Shown in pieces: positions 13,100 to 26,278 of a stretch of DNA of 64,000 bases. Source of the stretch: Octopus vulgaris (lineage: Eukaryota); the NCBI GenBank assembly GCA_951406725.2, contig OX597824.1, positions 2,170,001 to 2,234,000 on the forward strand, read 5' to 3'. Below the pieces are notes generated by a model. It worked only from the letters and a program-made list of their open reading frames with translations, did no database searches and was not told where the DNA came from. Each line of letters opens with the position of its first letter. Position 1 is the stretch's first letter. A program made the translations under genes and the position numbers.

Positions 13100-14000
13100 G
13101 ATGTTGCCTTGCTAGTCTTCTAACGTATGACACAAGTTGTAAGGGGCGGTTGGAGTTCAAGACTATTGCTTGCCTCAAGCATTTCCACGTGACTTCATGT
13201 GATTCACGTTTCCTATTTTTAACAACAGAACCTGATCGCACACAATACATATCTAATATTCACTGTTGATTTCAGTCGAATTGTTCCTTTCCGACAGGCC
13301 CTTTTAAGCTCAGAGCATTGGATCATCTTTTCCTTCCAACCGTTCCAATGCAAAACTTTTGTTCATATCTAGTTTCTTCGGGTCTTCTTTCAGTCTTCAT
13401 ACCTTTTCCTTGGCTTATGTTAGGGTCGGTTACCAGAGTTGAACTCACATAAATAAAGACGCTTTGGCAATCGCTCAGCTTTCGTTTTAATAATATATCC
13501 ACTCCGTCTCATTTGAACCAAGATGAAATGTTATTCAACTGAGCTACAACGTGCCAAGCGCAAAACGTCTGTATCTGGTACGAATCGTTCCCACTTGCAT
13601 CCCAAGTAAGGCCTGAAGCACTTTTGGTGAAATCACTCCAGCATTTTCATATAACGCCTGTGAGTGGTTCAAGTCTTACTCGAATAAAGAAGTGCTGTCA
13701 ATGCACACTTCTTCTAGGCACTGGTTTTTGTCGGTAAGTAAACACCTCTATCCACCCATGCTCGCATTTTCAACTCCTCACCTGCACAATTCCAATCTCT
13801 GTTCGATAGAATATCTCTGAATCAAGACCACCATATCATGACAGTGTGCTTCCAAAGTAAACAAAGGTGTTAATGAATTCTAACATTGTTCTATTCTCAG
13901 AAATGTTTGGTTTGGAATACGTTTGTCCTGGCATGGGAATAAACTTAAACTAACTAATCGTGAGTCGGAAGTGTACACATGCAAGGGGAAATCTGTCCAT
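13100..14000 (-). pseudogene. Decayed RTE-clade LINE 3' fragment (RT C-terminus plus C2H2-like end)
   Basis: Minus frames give TKTSA*KKCALTALLYSSKT*TTHRRYMKMLE*FHQKCFRPYLGCKWERFVPDTDVLRLARCSSVE, ERLPKRLYLCEFNSGNRP*HKPRKRYED and CIVCDQVLLLKIGNVNHMKS, matching the RTE/BovB motifs LLYGCETW, VPDTEVL and RLPKKLFYGEL. Confidence 0.85.
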
Positions 14001-14412
14001 TATATGTGCATATCCTCCTCTGAATGTGGCAACAAATCAGAATTATCAGCTTGTAAATATGTGTTTATAGTCTAAATATATTTAACAATTGCATCTCTAT
14101 ATATATATCCCTATGTGTGTGTATGTGTGTGTGTGTGTGTGTATGTATATTTACATATATCAAGCTTAGTCGTATTTATCTGTAAATTATCTCCCTATCA
14201 GTTCACTTGGATTTCTCTTATAGTCAAACTGTAAGCTGTGAAGCTAACCCTCGATATAGACTCTGGAGTTTCAGTTCAAATCATTTGAGATCTACTATGT
14301 GTTCTCTCTCACATATATGTATATGTATATATATATAGATGAGTATATTTTTCCCTTGTTAACAATTAACAAGGAAAAAAAAATAAACTCCATTTATTTA
14401 TTTATATATGTA

Positions 14413-14545
<133 letters not shown>

Positions 14546-14936
14546 TTGTATGTATGTATGTATGTATTTATGTTTGTATGCATATATGTATGCATGCAAG
14601 AACATGCTGAAATCAAATTTCTGAAGATAGCAAGGAATAATTCATGAATAAATGTGTTAGATAGAACTCAATACGGAAGACAAAGATCGTATCTGAATCA
14701 TCTGTTTTCGAAGTAATGACGTATTAAGTTGCTCGCACCAAAATCTAATTAACAATCTACAATAGTAATTTGCTTAAGCATAACAACACGCATCGTGTTG
14801 AAAATAAATGGTTTACATGGAATTACCGAACTCAATACGCTCGTGCTTGTATCTATGAATTTTAATACTTAGTATAAATAACTCCAATTTTAACATTATA
14901 ATTGGTTTTCGATTCGTGATGTTCAAGACGCGTGCG

Positions 14937-14987
<51 letters not shown>

Positions 14988-15427
14988 ACACACACACACA
15001 CACGCACACACACACACACAGACACACGCACAAACAAACGCACACACAGGCACAGGGAGGCATGCAAGACTTTGATATATATTCGCGCGCATAGGTGATG
15101 TATTGTTTATATTATATAAGAATATATCTCATTCGGTTCGTTCTCTCCCTCTCCTTCTCTGTCTGTCAGTCTGTCTCTTTCTCTATATATATATTTGTAT
15201 ATACACACGCACACAGACACTCACACACATGCAAATATTACATATCCGGATTGGCTGAATAACAAGAGTATCATCAAGATGCGTTGCTGTGCTTGACTCG
15301 CGCTCTTTACGTTCAGCGTTCCATATCAACATTCCTCGAATACTTTCCTTCTTTTAGTATCGATAAAATAAAGAACTATGGTTCAGATATTTACGATGTG
15401 ATTCATTCAGTTTCTGGCCGAGCAAAT

Positions 15428-15563
15428 CCACTCACAAGGAGTTGGTTGGCTTAGATGTTATAGTAAAAAAAAAAAACACTCTCCCAAGCTGCCAAGCGGT
15501 GGGATTGAAACTGCAACTATGTCGTTGGGAAACAAACTTCTTACCACACGGCTGCGCCTGCGT
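15428..15563 (-). mobile_element. SINE family S2, 5' fragment
   Basis: rc reads gcaggcgcagccgtgtggtaagaagtttgtttcccaac...gtttcaatcccaccgcttggcagcttggg...ccttgtgagtggatttg. Confidence 0.75.
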
Positions 15564-16076
15564 ATGTTTCAATATTATGACAACATTCGAAACTAAATAC
15601 ACGTCGTATTGATTGTGTGTTGTATCGATTACTGTCGTCTGCACTCTGTGATCAGAAACAATGGCAGTCAACATTGCCGTTCATGTTGGCGGGATCAATG
15701 AGGAAAATTGTTCTCCCGCGCTGAGGTCAATTGCCCTCTTTTTTGCTCCTCTTTTCTGTTGTTGTAATCAGACTTGGACACAGATCGGCTCCATCGCATC
15801 TAACCTGTAAAAGACCACAACGTATACCACGATGTCGGCCCCACTGCTTCGTCAGAGAGGGAAGAGCCAAAGGAGATTATATATCTATATGTGTGTGTGT
15901 ATGTATATATAACAGAGACATAAACAGAGAGAGAGAGTGTGTGAGTGAAACAGAAATATTTACTTATATAATATAAATATATGTTGTGAGAGAGAGAAAT
16001 TACTTATATATATATATACATATATATACATACATATACGTACTCACATTCTCTCTCTCTCTCTCTTTCACACACA

Positions 16077-16141
<65 letters not shown>

Positions 16142-16146
16142 GTATG

Positions 16147-16177
<31 letters not shown>

Positions 16178-17429
16178 CTTCGCAATCATACATTGATCAT
16201 CTTTGAAACAACTCGACAACTTCACATTATTGTTCACATCAAAGTGACAGCTCTTTTATGTCGATTCTCTTGTTTCTCATTTTATGTCAGAACTCACTTC
16301 AGATTATATTATTTTAATTGAATGATTCCCTCATTAAATATTACATTAATTTCCGGTCTTTTTGAACACCGTTTTACGTCCGATTCAAACCCTATCTTTC
16401 TATATATCCGGAGTATAAGCTATAGTGGAAGGGAGTATGTGGGTGTATAATAATATGTGTTGTATCACTGAGAAGATAAAGAAAGAATTAACATAAATAT
16501 TCTTTGGATTTTTTAAAAATCGGAATAACTTAACCATTTCTTGAATATACAGCTATGGTCACAATGATTTATTTAGACTACTATTCAGAATCTCACGACA
16601 CGATACAAAATAATGCGACTTGCAGTATAAAAATTCGTTGTTCCTATTACAGTCTCTAGTATTATAATTTTAATCACAAGGAAGATAAACAAAAATCTAT
16701 TTAAATGCTAATCGGCAGCGAATTATGAAATTACGTTTACATATTAATCTTTTAACGGAGTTCATATCCTGTGTATTTTTACATAGTTTATATATAAACA
16801 ATAGAAATGTCCAATAACCCGGGTCCTACTTGACTTCTCTATTTTAATATTAACTACTACTTCACGGTATTCTGGATTACGAGTGCAATAATCGATACAT
16901 TAATATTCAGATCTTTAAGTACAAAATTCATGTTATGCATTATTTAATGGTGCAGATATGTTGATATTTTTCGAAATAGTATTTAATTATTCATATATTT
17001 CATTTGCGTTGAATCACATTTATCAATGTCCTGCGCAAGTAACAAATGTTTGACTATACGAAGATTTGCATATGAAGACGAAAGCATATAAACACACAGC
17101 GATGTCTTTACGTTATCTTTTTTAAGAACATATGGAATTTTACTGTATTAAAACATTGAATGCATTCAATAAATCTGGTTTGGCATTGTTCAAGATAGCT
17201 TAGCAAATGCAAGTGGAGTTGGTGCACCATTTCTCAACCATAAATCCACCCGACTTCTATCAACAAATCAATAAGCAGGATACGGCACATTTCTCTCTTT
17301 AATGTACTCGGCAGCTATGTCGCGGGTGGAGGCATTTCATTTTAGATGTCTCTCACTTAACATTCATTTCAAATATTTTGTTCTGTACCGTTTACTCATG
17401 ACACCAAAGGCCTAAAATAATAACTTCGT

Positions 17430-17895
17430 ATAAATATATACGACTACATTAAGGCGGAGAGCTTGTACACTCGTTAGTGCCTCGAACGAAAAGCTTAGCG
17501 ATATTTGGCCTTGTCCTATATTTTCTGAGCTGAAATTCCACCGAGGTCAACTTTGCTTTTCATCCTTTCAAGACCAACGAAATAATTACTTGTCAAGCTT
17601 TGAGGTCGATGTAATCGACCAACCCCCGCTCTTATAATTACTGGTCTTGGGACAACATTTTAAATATATGTAGATTATTCTAACAGGCTTTGACTGTCAC
17701 CGAGGCGACATCTACGTCGATGGTGCGTTGATATCTGAATCAGCTGCATTAACTTACCCATGCCTAATCTTGCTGTACTTACATTTATCAACTGCTCTGA
17801 TAATTCTAATCTAAATTTTTTGATCGCTAATATAATGTTGTGTTATAACTTTACCTCGTAACAACGTAGTTACAGGTTCCATTCTAATGTTCAGT
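17430..17895 (+). repeat. Local segmental duplication, copy 1 (contains an old S1 SINE); partner at 22860-23325
   Basis: Shared unique blocks 'attaaggcggagagcttg(t/c)acactcgttagtgcctcgaacgaaaagcttagcg' and 'cagctgcattaacttacccatgcctaatcttgc...ctaaattttttgatc...ggttccattcta(a/c)tgttcagta'. Confidence 0.85.
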
Positions 17896-19020
17896 ATAAA
17901 AATGTAGGGCTTTTCATCATGGCTTTTAGTCGAAGAAAGCCTTGCGAGTAAAAATTAGTTGACGGAAATTATGGGGAAGCGTCTCAAAATATTATACACT
18001 TAGACTGCTCCCTGATATAACACCATATATTGACCAGTTGAATGATTTGCACGGAGTTCACCCTGATACACGCATTCTACGCAGATCTCCACCCTGACGA
18101 GAAATTCTTCATTTCCTACTACCAGTCTTAGAAGACCTGGAACAGGTTATGGATGCTGGTCTTCCTTCTTCTTCCTGACTATAAATGCGTTTTTGTGTTT
18201 CAAAATTTTAACACTAAATTTGATTAAGCAACATCTATTATATGATAGATGTCTTGCAAATCAAACAAGCTTACGAGCCTTAATATCTCAGTCGCTAATC
18301 CGACAGATTAATATAAACTGATGCAAATGTATACTCATACATGAGAAGACAGCAGAGATTAGCAGAAACATAGAAGCCCGAACAAAATTAAATAAGTATA
18401 AAACAATAACAGGTCCAATTAAAAAACAAAACATACATAAATAAAAAAGCCAAGACAAAACGAAAACGAAATAGGAAACCATAACAATGGCCGTGATACT
18501 TCGGTTCTTTGATCGTTGGAGATGAGTTTTAAATAACGAATTCAATTCTATTTTATATCAATTCGCTTAAAGTCCATGTACAGGCATACGCATGTTCGTT
18601 GTGTTGAGCTTCCATAATTCACCCGACTACATATTTTCAGACGCAAGGTTTGTTGATCTGCTGAGATTATTATTGCAGTTATGATTATCATTATGAGATT
18701 AATTACAAACAGGTGCAGTTTTATTTATTTATTTATTTATTTATTTCATTCTAATTGAAGTAAATCAAGGAATTTTAATTGATTAAATTCACACACTTTG
18801 TGATGAGAACAATTAATACAAAATAATACCGTTGTTGATTAGTTATCAATGTTGCAGGTCGGAAAAACTCTTAGACTGGCAATGAAAGTTACTTGGTTGA
18901 CTGGAATAACATTCATGACATCATTGTTGAAAAAAAGTCCTTGTTCTTGTTAGAAGAGTTATCTTCCATATTTTGACCGAATGATATTTCAGATATGAAT
19001 TTTTTCCCCACATCCGCACA

Positions 19021-20560
19021 AGGCGGCGAGGTGGCAGAAGCGTTAGCACGCCAGGCGAAATGCTTAGCCGTATTTCGTCTGCCGCTACGTTCTGAGTTCA
19101 AATTCCGCCGAGGTCGACTTTGCCTTTCATCCTTTCGGGGTCGATAAATCAAGTACCAGTTACGCACTGGGGTCAATGTAATCGACTTAATACCTATGTC
19201 TGTCCTTGTTTGTCCTCTCTGTGTTTAGTCCTTTGTGGGTAGTAAAGAAATAAGTGTTTCGTCTGCCGCTACGTTCTGAGTTCAAATTCCGCCGAGGTCG
19301 ACTTTGCCTTTCATCCTTTCGGGGTCGATAAATCAAGTACCAGTTACGCACTGGGGTCAATGTAATCGACTTAATACCTATGTCTGTCCTTGTTTGTCCT
19401 CTCTGTGTTTAGTCCTTTGTGGGTAGTAAAGAAATAAGTGTTTCGTCTGCCGCTACGTTCTGAGTTCAAATTCCGCCGAGGTCGACTTTGCCTTTCATCC
19501 TTTCGGGGTCGATAAATTAAGTACCAGTTACGCACTGGGGTCAATGTAATCGACTTAATACCTACGTCTGTCCTTGTTTGTCCCCTCTGTGTTTAGCCCC
19601 TTGTGGGTAGTAAAGAAATAGGTGTTTCGTCTGCCGCTACGTTCTGAGTTCAAATTCCGCCGAGGTCGACTTTGCTTTTCATCCTTTCGGGGTCGATAAA
19701 TTAAGTACCAGTTACGCACTGGGGTCAATGTAATCGACTTAATACCTACGTCTGTCCTTGTTTGTCCTCTCTGTGTTTAGTCCTTTGTGGGTAGTAAAGA
19801 AATAGGTGTTTCGTCTGCCGCTACGTTCTGAGTTCAAATTCCGCCGAGGTCGACTTTGCCTTTCATCCTTTCGGGGTCGATAAATCAAGTACCAGTTACG
19901 CACTGGGGTCAATGTAATCGACTTAATACCTATGTCTGTCCTTGTTTGTCCTCTCTGTGTTTAGTCCTTTGTGGGTAGTAAAGAAATAAGTGTTTCGTCT
20001 GCCGCTACGTTCTGAGTTCAAATTCCGCCGAGGTCGACTTTGCCTTTCATCCTTTCGGGGTCGATAAATTAAGTACCAGTTACGCACTGGGGTCAATGTA
20101 ATCGACTTAATACCTACGTCTGTCCTTGTTTGTCCTCTCTGTGTTTAGTCCTTTGTGGGTAGTAAAGAAATAGGTGTTTCGTCTGCCGCTACGTTCTGAG
20201 TTCAAATTCCGCCGAGGTAGACTTTGCCTTTCATCCTTTCGGGGTCGATTAAATAAGTACCAGTAGCGCACTGGGGTCGATATAATCGACTTAATCCGTG
20301 TGTCTGTCCTTGTTTGTCCCCTCTGTGTGTAGCCCCTTGTGGATAGTACAGAAATAAGAATCATTAGCACGCCGGGCGAAATAGCGGTATTTCGTCTGCC
20401 GCTACGTTCTGAATTCAAATTCCACCGAGGTCGATTTTGCCTTTCGTCCTTTCTGGGTCGATAAGTTAAGTACCAGTGAAATATTGGGGTCGATGTAATC
20501 GATTAGTCCAACCACCCGAGCATATACCTGTCATGCGTGTGTGCCTAGAGTAGAGAAAGG
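19021..20560 (+). repeat. Head-to-tail tandem array of SINE S1: seven units at 184-bp period plus an eighth divergent unit
   Basis: The C of 'tttCgtctgccgctacgttctga' falls at 19076, 19260, 19444, 19628, 19812, 19996, 20180 and 20393; only unit 1 has the complete tRNA-like head. Confidence 0.95.
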
Positions 20561-20866
20561 TGTGTTTTGTGTGTGCTTCACTTTATACGTGTCGTGTATG
20601 AAGACGTGAGGTGTGTGTATACACACTAACCACATACAATCATTGTGCCGTTATTTCCTTCAATGGAACACAATCGCGAATGATTATTAACTCACTCTAA
20701 TTGTCTCTTTGAACAATTATTGTTTCTCACAGATTTACCACAAAATTTCTACCAGGACAAAGGTTACAGATCCTCTCTCAAATATTAACTCTAAATATGG
20801 CAAATGGATTTCTGAAATTTGATGGGACTTCTTTTATTTTTATTTATGACTAATTCTTTTCTATAT

Positions 20867-21030
20867 GCGCAGGAGTGGCTGTGTGGTAAGTTGCTTGCTT
20901 ACCATCCACATGGTTCTGGGTTCAGTCCCACTGCGTGGCACCTTGGGCAGGTGTCTTCTACTATAGCCTCGGGACGACCAAAGCCTTGTGAGTGTATTTG
21001 GTAGACGGAAACTGAAAGGAGCCCGTCGTA

Positions 21031-21103
<73 letters not shown>

Positions 21104-21344
21104 ATGTAAGTATGCATATATGTATGTATATGTTTGTGTGTCTGTGGTTGTCGCCCCAACATCACTTGACAACCGATGCTGCTTTGTTTACGTTCTCGTT
21201 ACTTAGCGGTTGGGCAAGAGAGCCCGATATAATAAGTACTAGGCTCACAAAAACAATAAGTCCTTGGGTCGATTTGCTCGACTAAAGGCGGTGCTCCAAC
21301 ATGGCCGCAGTCAAATGACTGAACCAAATAAAAGAATAAAAGAA
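20867..21344 (+). mobile_element. SINE family S2, full length (tRNA head + CORE-like segment + internal microsatellite + 3' module)
   Basis: A-box-like tggctgtgtgg, B-box-like ggttcagtccc, CORE-like accttgggcaggtgtc, internal (TA)n(TG)n, tail atggccgcagtcaaatgactgaa...aaaagaataaaagaat. Confidence 0.9.
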
Positions 21345-22859
21345 TATATCTTATATGTCAGATCTGCGGGATTTTATCAGTGTATCTCCTTCGCCCTTGC
21401 AATCCCATTAAGGATATGTCTTCTCCATATGTGAAGTTATAGTAGAAATATTATTGGCGATCTGCAGTTATCTTTACTAACAACGCAAATTAATCTCAGT
21501 TTGTGTTGCACACTTAAGCACGTACGAGCATATACCTGTATGCGTGTGTGCGTGAGTGAGAGAGAGAAAGCGGGAGTGTGTGTGTGTGTGCGTATGTGTG
21601 TATACGTGTCTGTGTATGTGTGTATATGTGCGTGTGTATGTGTATACACACGCACACATACAGACACTTGTGCCGTTATTTCCTTCAAGCCAACACAACA
21701 AGAATATCACAATTAAAACGTGCCACCTACATAAGTTCTTAAACTCTTGAAACCTGTCCATGTGTTCACAAAGTTTGACACACCCACTTAGACATTAAGT
21801 TTTTACACACAGACTCGGTTATTTTATTGTCATAAGTTGCTTAGAAAATGTCATTATTATTATTATTATTTTACTATTCCGAGGCTTTTATTCTCGAAAC
21901 TGTTCATGTGGGGTGTAAAGAACGCAGAAAATAAATTCATTTTCATATATTTTTGGAACATCGTCTCACTTTCTATAGTTGATCGTGTAAATAAATAAGT
22001 ACGAGAGACCATCAAAGTCATAGAGTCCCAGTTTTTGAAATTAGAGTTCAAGAATCAAAATCTTATCCCTTTTATAAGTGAAACTCTAAACTCAAACTGT
22101 TTCAATTCTCTGTAAAAATGTGCCCCTTTCACTGATGACAGATGATGATATAAGTAGCTGTACTCTACTGCAGATTTCCATGTTACCAATATTTCTTTGT
22201 CTGAAAGGTACATTATTTCTTCGGTGAAAAATACTGGACTCCCATCTTTGGAATTATTCTATACGTCAGTGATAGGATGTCTTCTATATTCTGTCCATCT
22301 ATCAATTTTCTCTGCACACTGTTCCTGCGACAAGTGTGGGGGATGAGTTTTCAGGCAGCCCCTCCATAGAGTCCTACCGGAAGCAACTATCATTTGACAC
22401 CTGAATTCCCAAGCATGATCAAGTGAGACTCTGGATATTATACAGCCGTATCGTTCTTGGTCTATCTCCTAGTATCCTGCCGTTTGGCTCGGCTTGAAGT
22501 ATTCATCATGCAATTTGTTTCTTCAACACTCTAATCGCACGCACGTAATATCGGAATTGTGGCCTCAATGCAGAGAAGTAGAATAATGAATGTGGGTTGG
22601 TATTGGAAGAGTGCAGGAGTGTATGAGATTGAATAGAGGGAGGTGAATAGAAAGAAGAGGAGAGGTTGATACGTAAAAGACAATAACTATCAAGTAATGA
22701 GAGGCCAGTGCCAATCCCAAACCCGGAACTTTATCCACAAAATTCCTTGCTTTGTAAACTTTTGCAGCCCTCTGTATGTATGTCAGTGTTCGCGGACTGA
22801 ATGCATGCGTATGCATGTGTGTGAATGAGTATATGCATATATTTTATGCGTCTGTTCGG

Positions 22860-23325
22860 AAAGTAATATATTCAACTAAATTAAGGCGGAGAGCTTGCAC
22901 ACTCGTTAGTGCCTCGAACGAAAAGCTTAGCGGCGAACTGGCAGAAACGATAGCACGTCGGGCGAAATGCGTAGCCGTATTTTGTCTGCCGTTACGTTGT
23001 GAGTTCAAATTCCGCCGAGGTCGACTTTACCTTTCATCCTTTCGGGGTCGATAAATTAAGTACCAGTTACACACTGGAGTCGATGTAATCGACTTAATAC
23101 CTATGTCTGTCCTTGTTTGTCCCCTCTATGTTTAGCCCCTTGTGGGTAATAAAGAAATAGGTATCTATATCAGTGGATTTCAGCTGCATTAACTTACCCA
23201 TGCCTAATCTTGCCCTACTTACGTTTCATCAACAGGCTCTGATAATACTAATCTAAATTTTTTGATCACCAATATAATGGCATGTTATAACAACGTACTT
23301 ACGGGTTCCATTCTACTGTTCAGTA
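22860..23325 (+). repeat. Local segmental duplication, copy 2, carrying a younger S1 SINE (about 22930-23165) in its middle
   Basis: Flanks match 17430-17500 and 17738-17895; the middle is a near-consensus S1 with tail A. Confidence 0.85.
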
Positions 23326-23965
23326 ATTTCGTTTCACCAGAAATTATATAAAAACGAATTTAAACTACGATTATCTCAATAGTTTAAATTCAGAATGTAA
23401 TCCTCGTTTTCAAACGCTACAGGTCCAACGAGGAAGTAACTTTTTCATCTCAAGTTCAAATAAACTTATTTCCCTTCCTGAAAAATGTCTGGAAGACTGT
23501 TTTCAACTTTCTCTTTTTGAATGTTTTGCCTCTTATAAAAAGTTCTTGTGATCAGCAGAGATGCAAATCCGTAGGTGCTAAGTCAGCTGACTATGGAGAA
23601 TGTGGAAGAGCTTAACATCCTAAAGATAATATTTTTTCTTGTCTTTGCTTTGAAGAGTAGAGCCGGGCATTGTCATGCTGGAGAATAACACCGTTTCTCT
23701 TTACCAAATCTGGCCACTTTCAACGTAATTTTTCATTTAAACGATCAAGTTGTTGGCAATGGTCATCTATATTGATGATCATTCTATGTTCCAGTAGCTC
23801 GAAATGGACGATCCCTTTCATGTTCCACCACAGATGCGCAGCATACTTTTGTTGCAAGTCTTATGAAGTGACACTCTAACGCCTAAAACGGCAAACGTCA
23901 CGCAAATTCTCACTGCGAATACTTCGCTGTCACCTTTCTTCGCAATTACTTCCCATTAACTTTTA
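23325..23965 (-). pseudogene. Internally deleted mariner; catalytic-domain remnant
   Basis: Minus frames give WWNMKGIVHFEL, GVILQHDNARL and ALPHSP*SADLAPTD (HDNARP and YSPDLAPSD motifs); TIR-like 'gcaattactt' near 23942. Confidence 0.85.
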
Positions 23966-24118
23966 GGGCATCCGTGGATTTATACATACACACATACATA
24001 CATACACACATACATATATATATATATGTATATATATACATACATATATGTGTGTGTATGTATGTATATGTGTATACGTGTATGTATGTATGTATATGTG
24101 TATACAAACAAACATAAA

Positions 24119-24166
<48 letters not shown>

Positions 24167-24211
24167 CATATATGTGTGTGCGTGTATGTATGTATATGTG
24201 TATATAAATAA

Positions 24212-24244
<33 letters not shown>

Positions 24245-26043
24245 ATCAAAAATACCCTTCCCATAAACGTAAATTATGTTTATAAATTTTTAATAATGAT
24301 ATTCTCTGTTTGTTTTTGCTCATTTGTCGAAATGGTGGCAGACCTTTTAAATATGCATTTCCGTATAAAGTAAACAGCTTTACTCTGGTTTATGAAATAA
24401 ATGCTTTAGAAGATTAAACCAAAAACGTACATATTAAAACGATAATATTGAGAAGTTTACAGATTAAGATTATGAAATCCATTTCTTCCTTGAAGAGATT
24501 AAATGAAACGCTCTTCCTGGCTTTCTTTTTCGTTTATTCATATTTAAAAGGATTTCCGTCTCAAAACACTTCAAAACATATTTTTTAATATCCTCTTAGC
24601 TCTTTTCCTTGAATTTCTGCTATTAATAATATATTAGAACGTTCCGACGTTCGTCGTGGAGGAGAAGCTAAACAACACAGATATGGTTTCCACTGTCGCG
24701 AATTTCCAATGATGATTTTTTTTACATTTTTTTCCAAAATGTTCTTTTGCTATATTTAATTCCGGTGATATTAAAGAAGTGAGCTGTCTATGGGGATGGA
24801 GTCACAAAACATTGAACTGATTACGTTTTAAAAATGTCTGTTCTCTTAGAGCAAATCTGCCTGGATTATCTTTGAATTTTATTTCTTAGGAATGTTTTGA
24901 TGCAAAAACACCAGTCGTATAGTGGTTTTAGTTCAGTCAACTTCCTGCAAAATTTTTGGATTCTGATTTCTTGTGACATAGCAATCTCACTGAATGCGTT
25001 AATTGAAATAAGTTTAAAAAACAATTCAAGCAATTATGATGTATTAGATTCAACACACTTTATTCATGACCTCCATCTTTCTTCAGAGTTTATATAATAA
25101 AATATTGCTCCCTTTCCATTTAAATTTATTTTTGTTTAATGCTTGAGTCAGCTGAAAAAGATCGGTACCGATTATTTTTCTCCAGTATTCAGTGCCTGCT
25201 GGTAGAAAGAGAAGAATTTACTCTCAGATAAGAGACTGACTCCAAATTCTTACAACAGGGTGAATAACTCGAAATCCATTTATAGGCCAGCTGGTGGTAT
25301 TAAAGATGCAGGCAGGTTATGCCTACAATTCCAAACAGAGGGCTGGGTTTCCGGCAGGCTTCCGCGATAATGTTGCCTACCATATTGCACTGATTGCGCT
25401 GCCCTTTGGAATAATAAACGAGATCACACAGTCGGAACAATAAAGATCGTGCGTCTTAACTACTCAGTCATGTGAACATTCCTCATCGGGATTATTGCGT
25501 TTTGCTAGAAACGTTGGCTTGCTTCTAGGTAATTTTGACACGCAGATCCGCTCTGGTTCTAAACCTCTTCACCTTATCTCAGATCCTGTAACGGGTCATC
25601 TAGAAATGGTAGTCAAATCATCCACACACGGCAACACATGTTTTTAAAAGGGGAAAGCTTCTTTTGGACAATAATGTATCTTTGTCTCTTTAAAAAAAAT
25701 AGTTGGAAGAATATATTTTGCCTACCAAAGTGAAAACAAGGTATGAATTGTTGGATAGCCTTTGCTGATATGCGTGCCCTGTCAGCGAAGATTTGAAACT
25801 AAACAACAACAACAACACACAGTAATAACCTTAGGTATGGTTTTTGTTAGTATGTTGTATTCATCTAAAATGCATATTTCCGAACATAGTTAATAATATT
25901 CCGCAAAACCTAAAGCATTCCATGTCACCTATTGTATCAAATGTCTTCAGCAATATTGGAGACTTGGAAAAGATTGCCAGACAGTCATATAAAAGAATCA
26001 TTTCTGGACATTATTGGACATTTTAAATACAGAATTATATACC

Positions 26044-26278
26044 TATTTCTTTATTACCCACAAGGGGATGAACATAGAGGGGACAAACATGGGCAGACAT
26101 AGGTATTAAGTCGATTATATCGACCCCAGTGCTTAACTGGTACTTAATCTATCGACCCCGAAAGGATGAAAGGCAAAGTCGACCTCGGCGGAATTTGAAC
26201 TCACAACGTAACGGCAGACGAAATACGGCTAAGCATTTCGCCCGACGTGCTAACGATTCTGCTAGCTCGCCGCCTTTT
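26044..26278 (-). mobile_element. SINE S1, full length, with 16-bp target-site duplication
   Basis: Reverse complement of the S1 consensus; TSD tacagaattatatacc at 26028-26043 and 26279-26294. Confidence 0.95.

Noticed and set aside
19021-20560. CRISPR-like or tRNA-gene array
   Set aside because: Units are near-identical over their whole length with no unique spacers; they match the dispersed S1 SINE and form no complete cloverleaf; the context is eukaryotic with no cas genes.
19021-20560. Hammerhead retrozyme array
   Set aside because: No CUGANGA...GAAA core was found by eye on either strand of the 184-bp unit.
22200-22560. Possible RTE LINE tail remnant (rc LQAEPNGRILGDRPRT)
   Set aside because: A single weak motif, too decayed to support.
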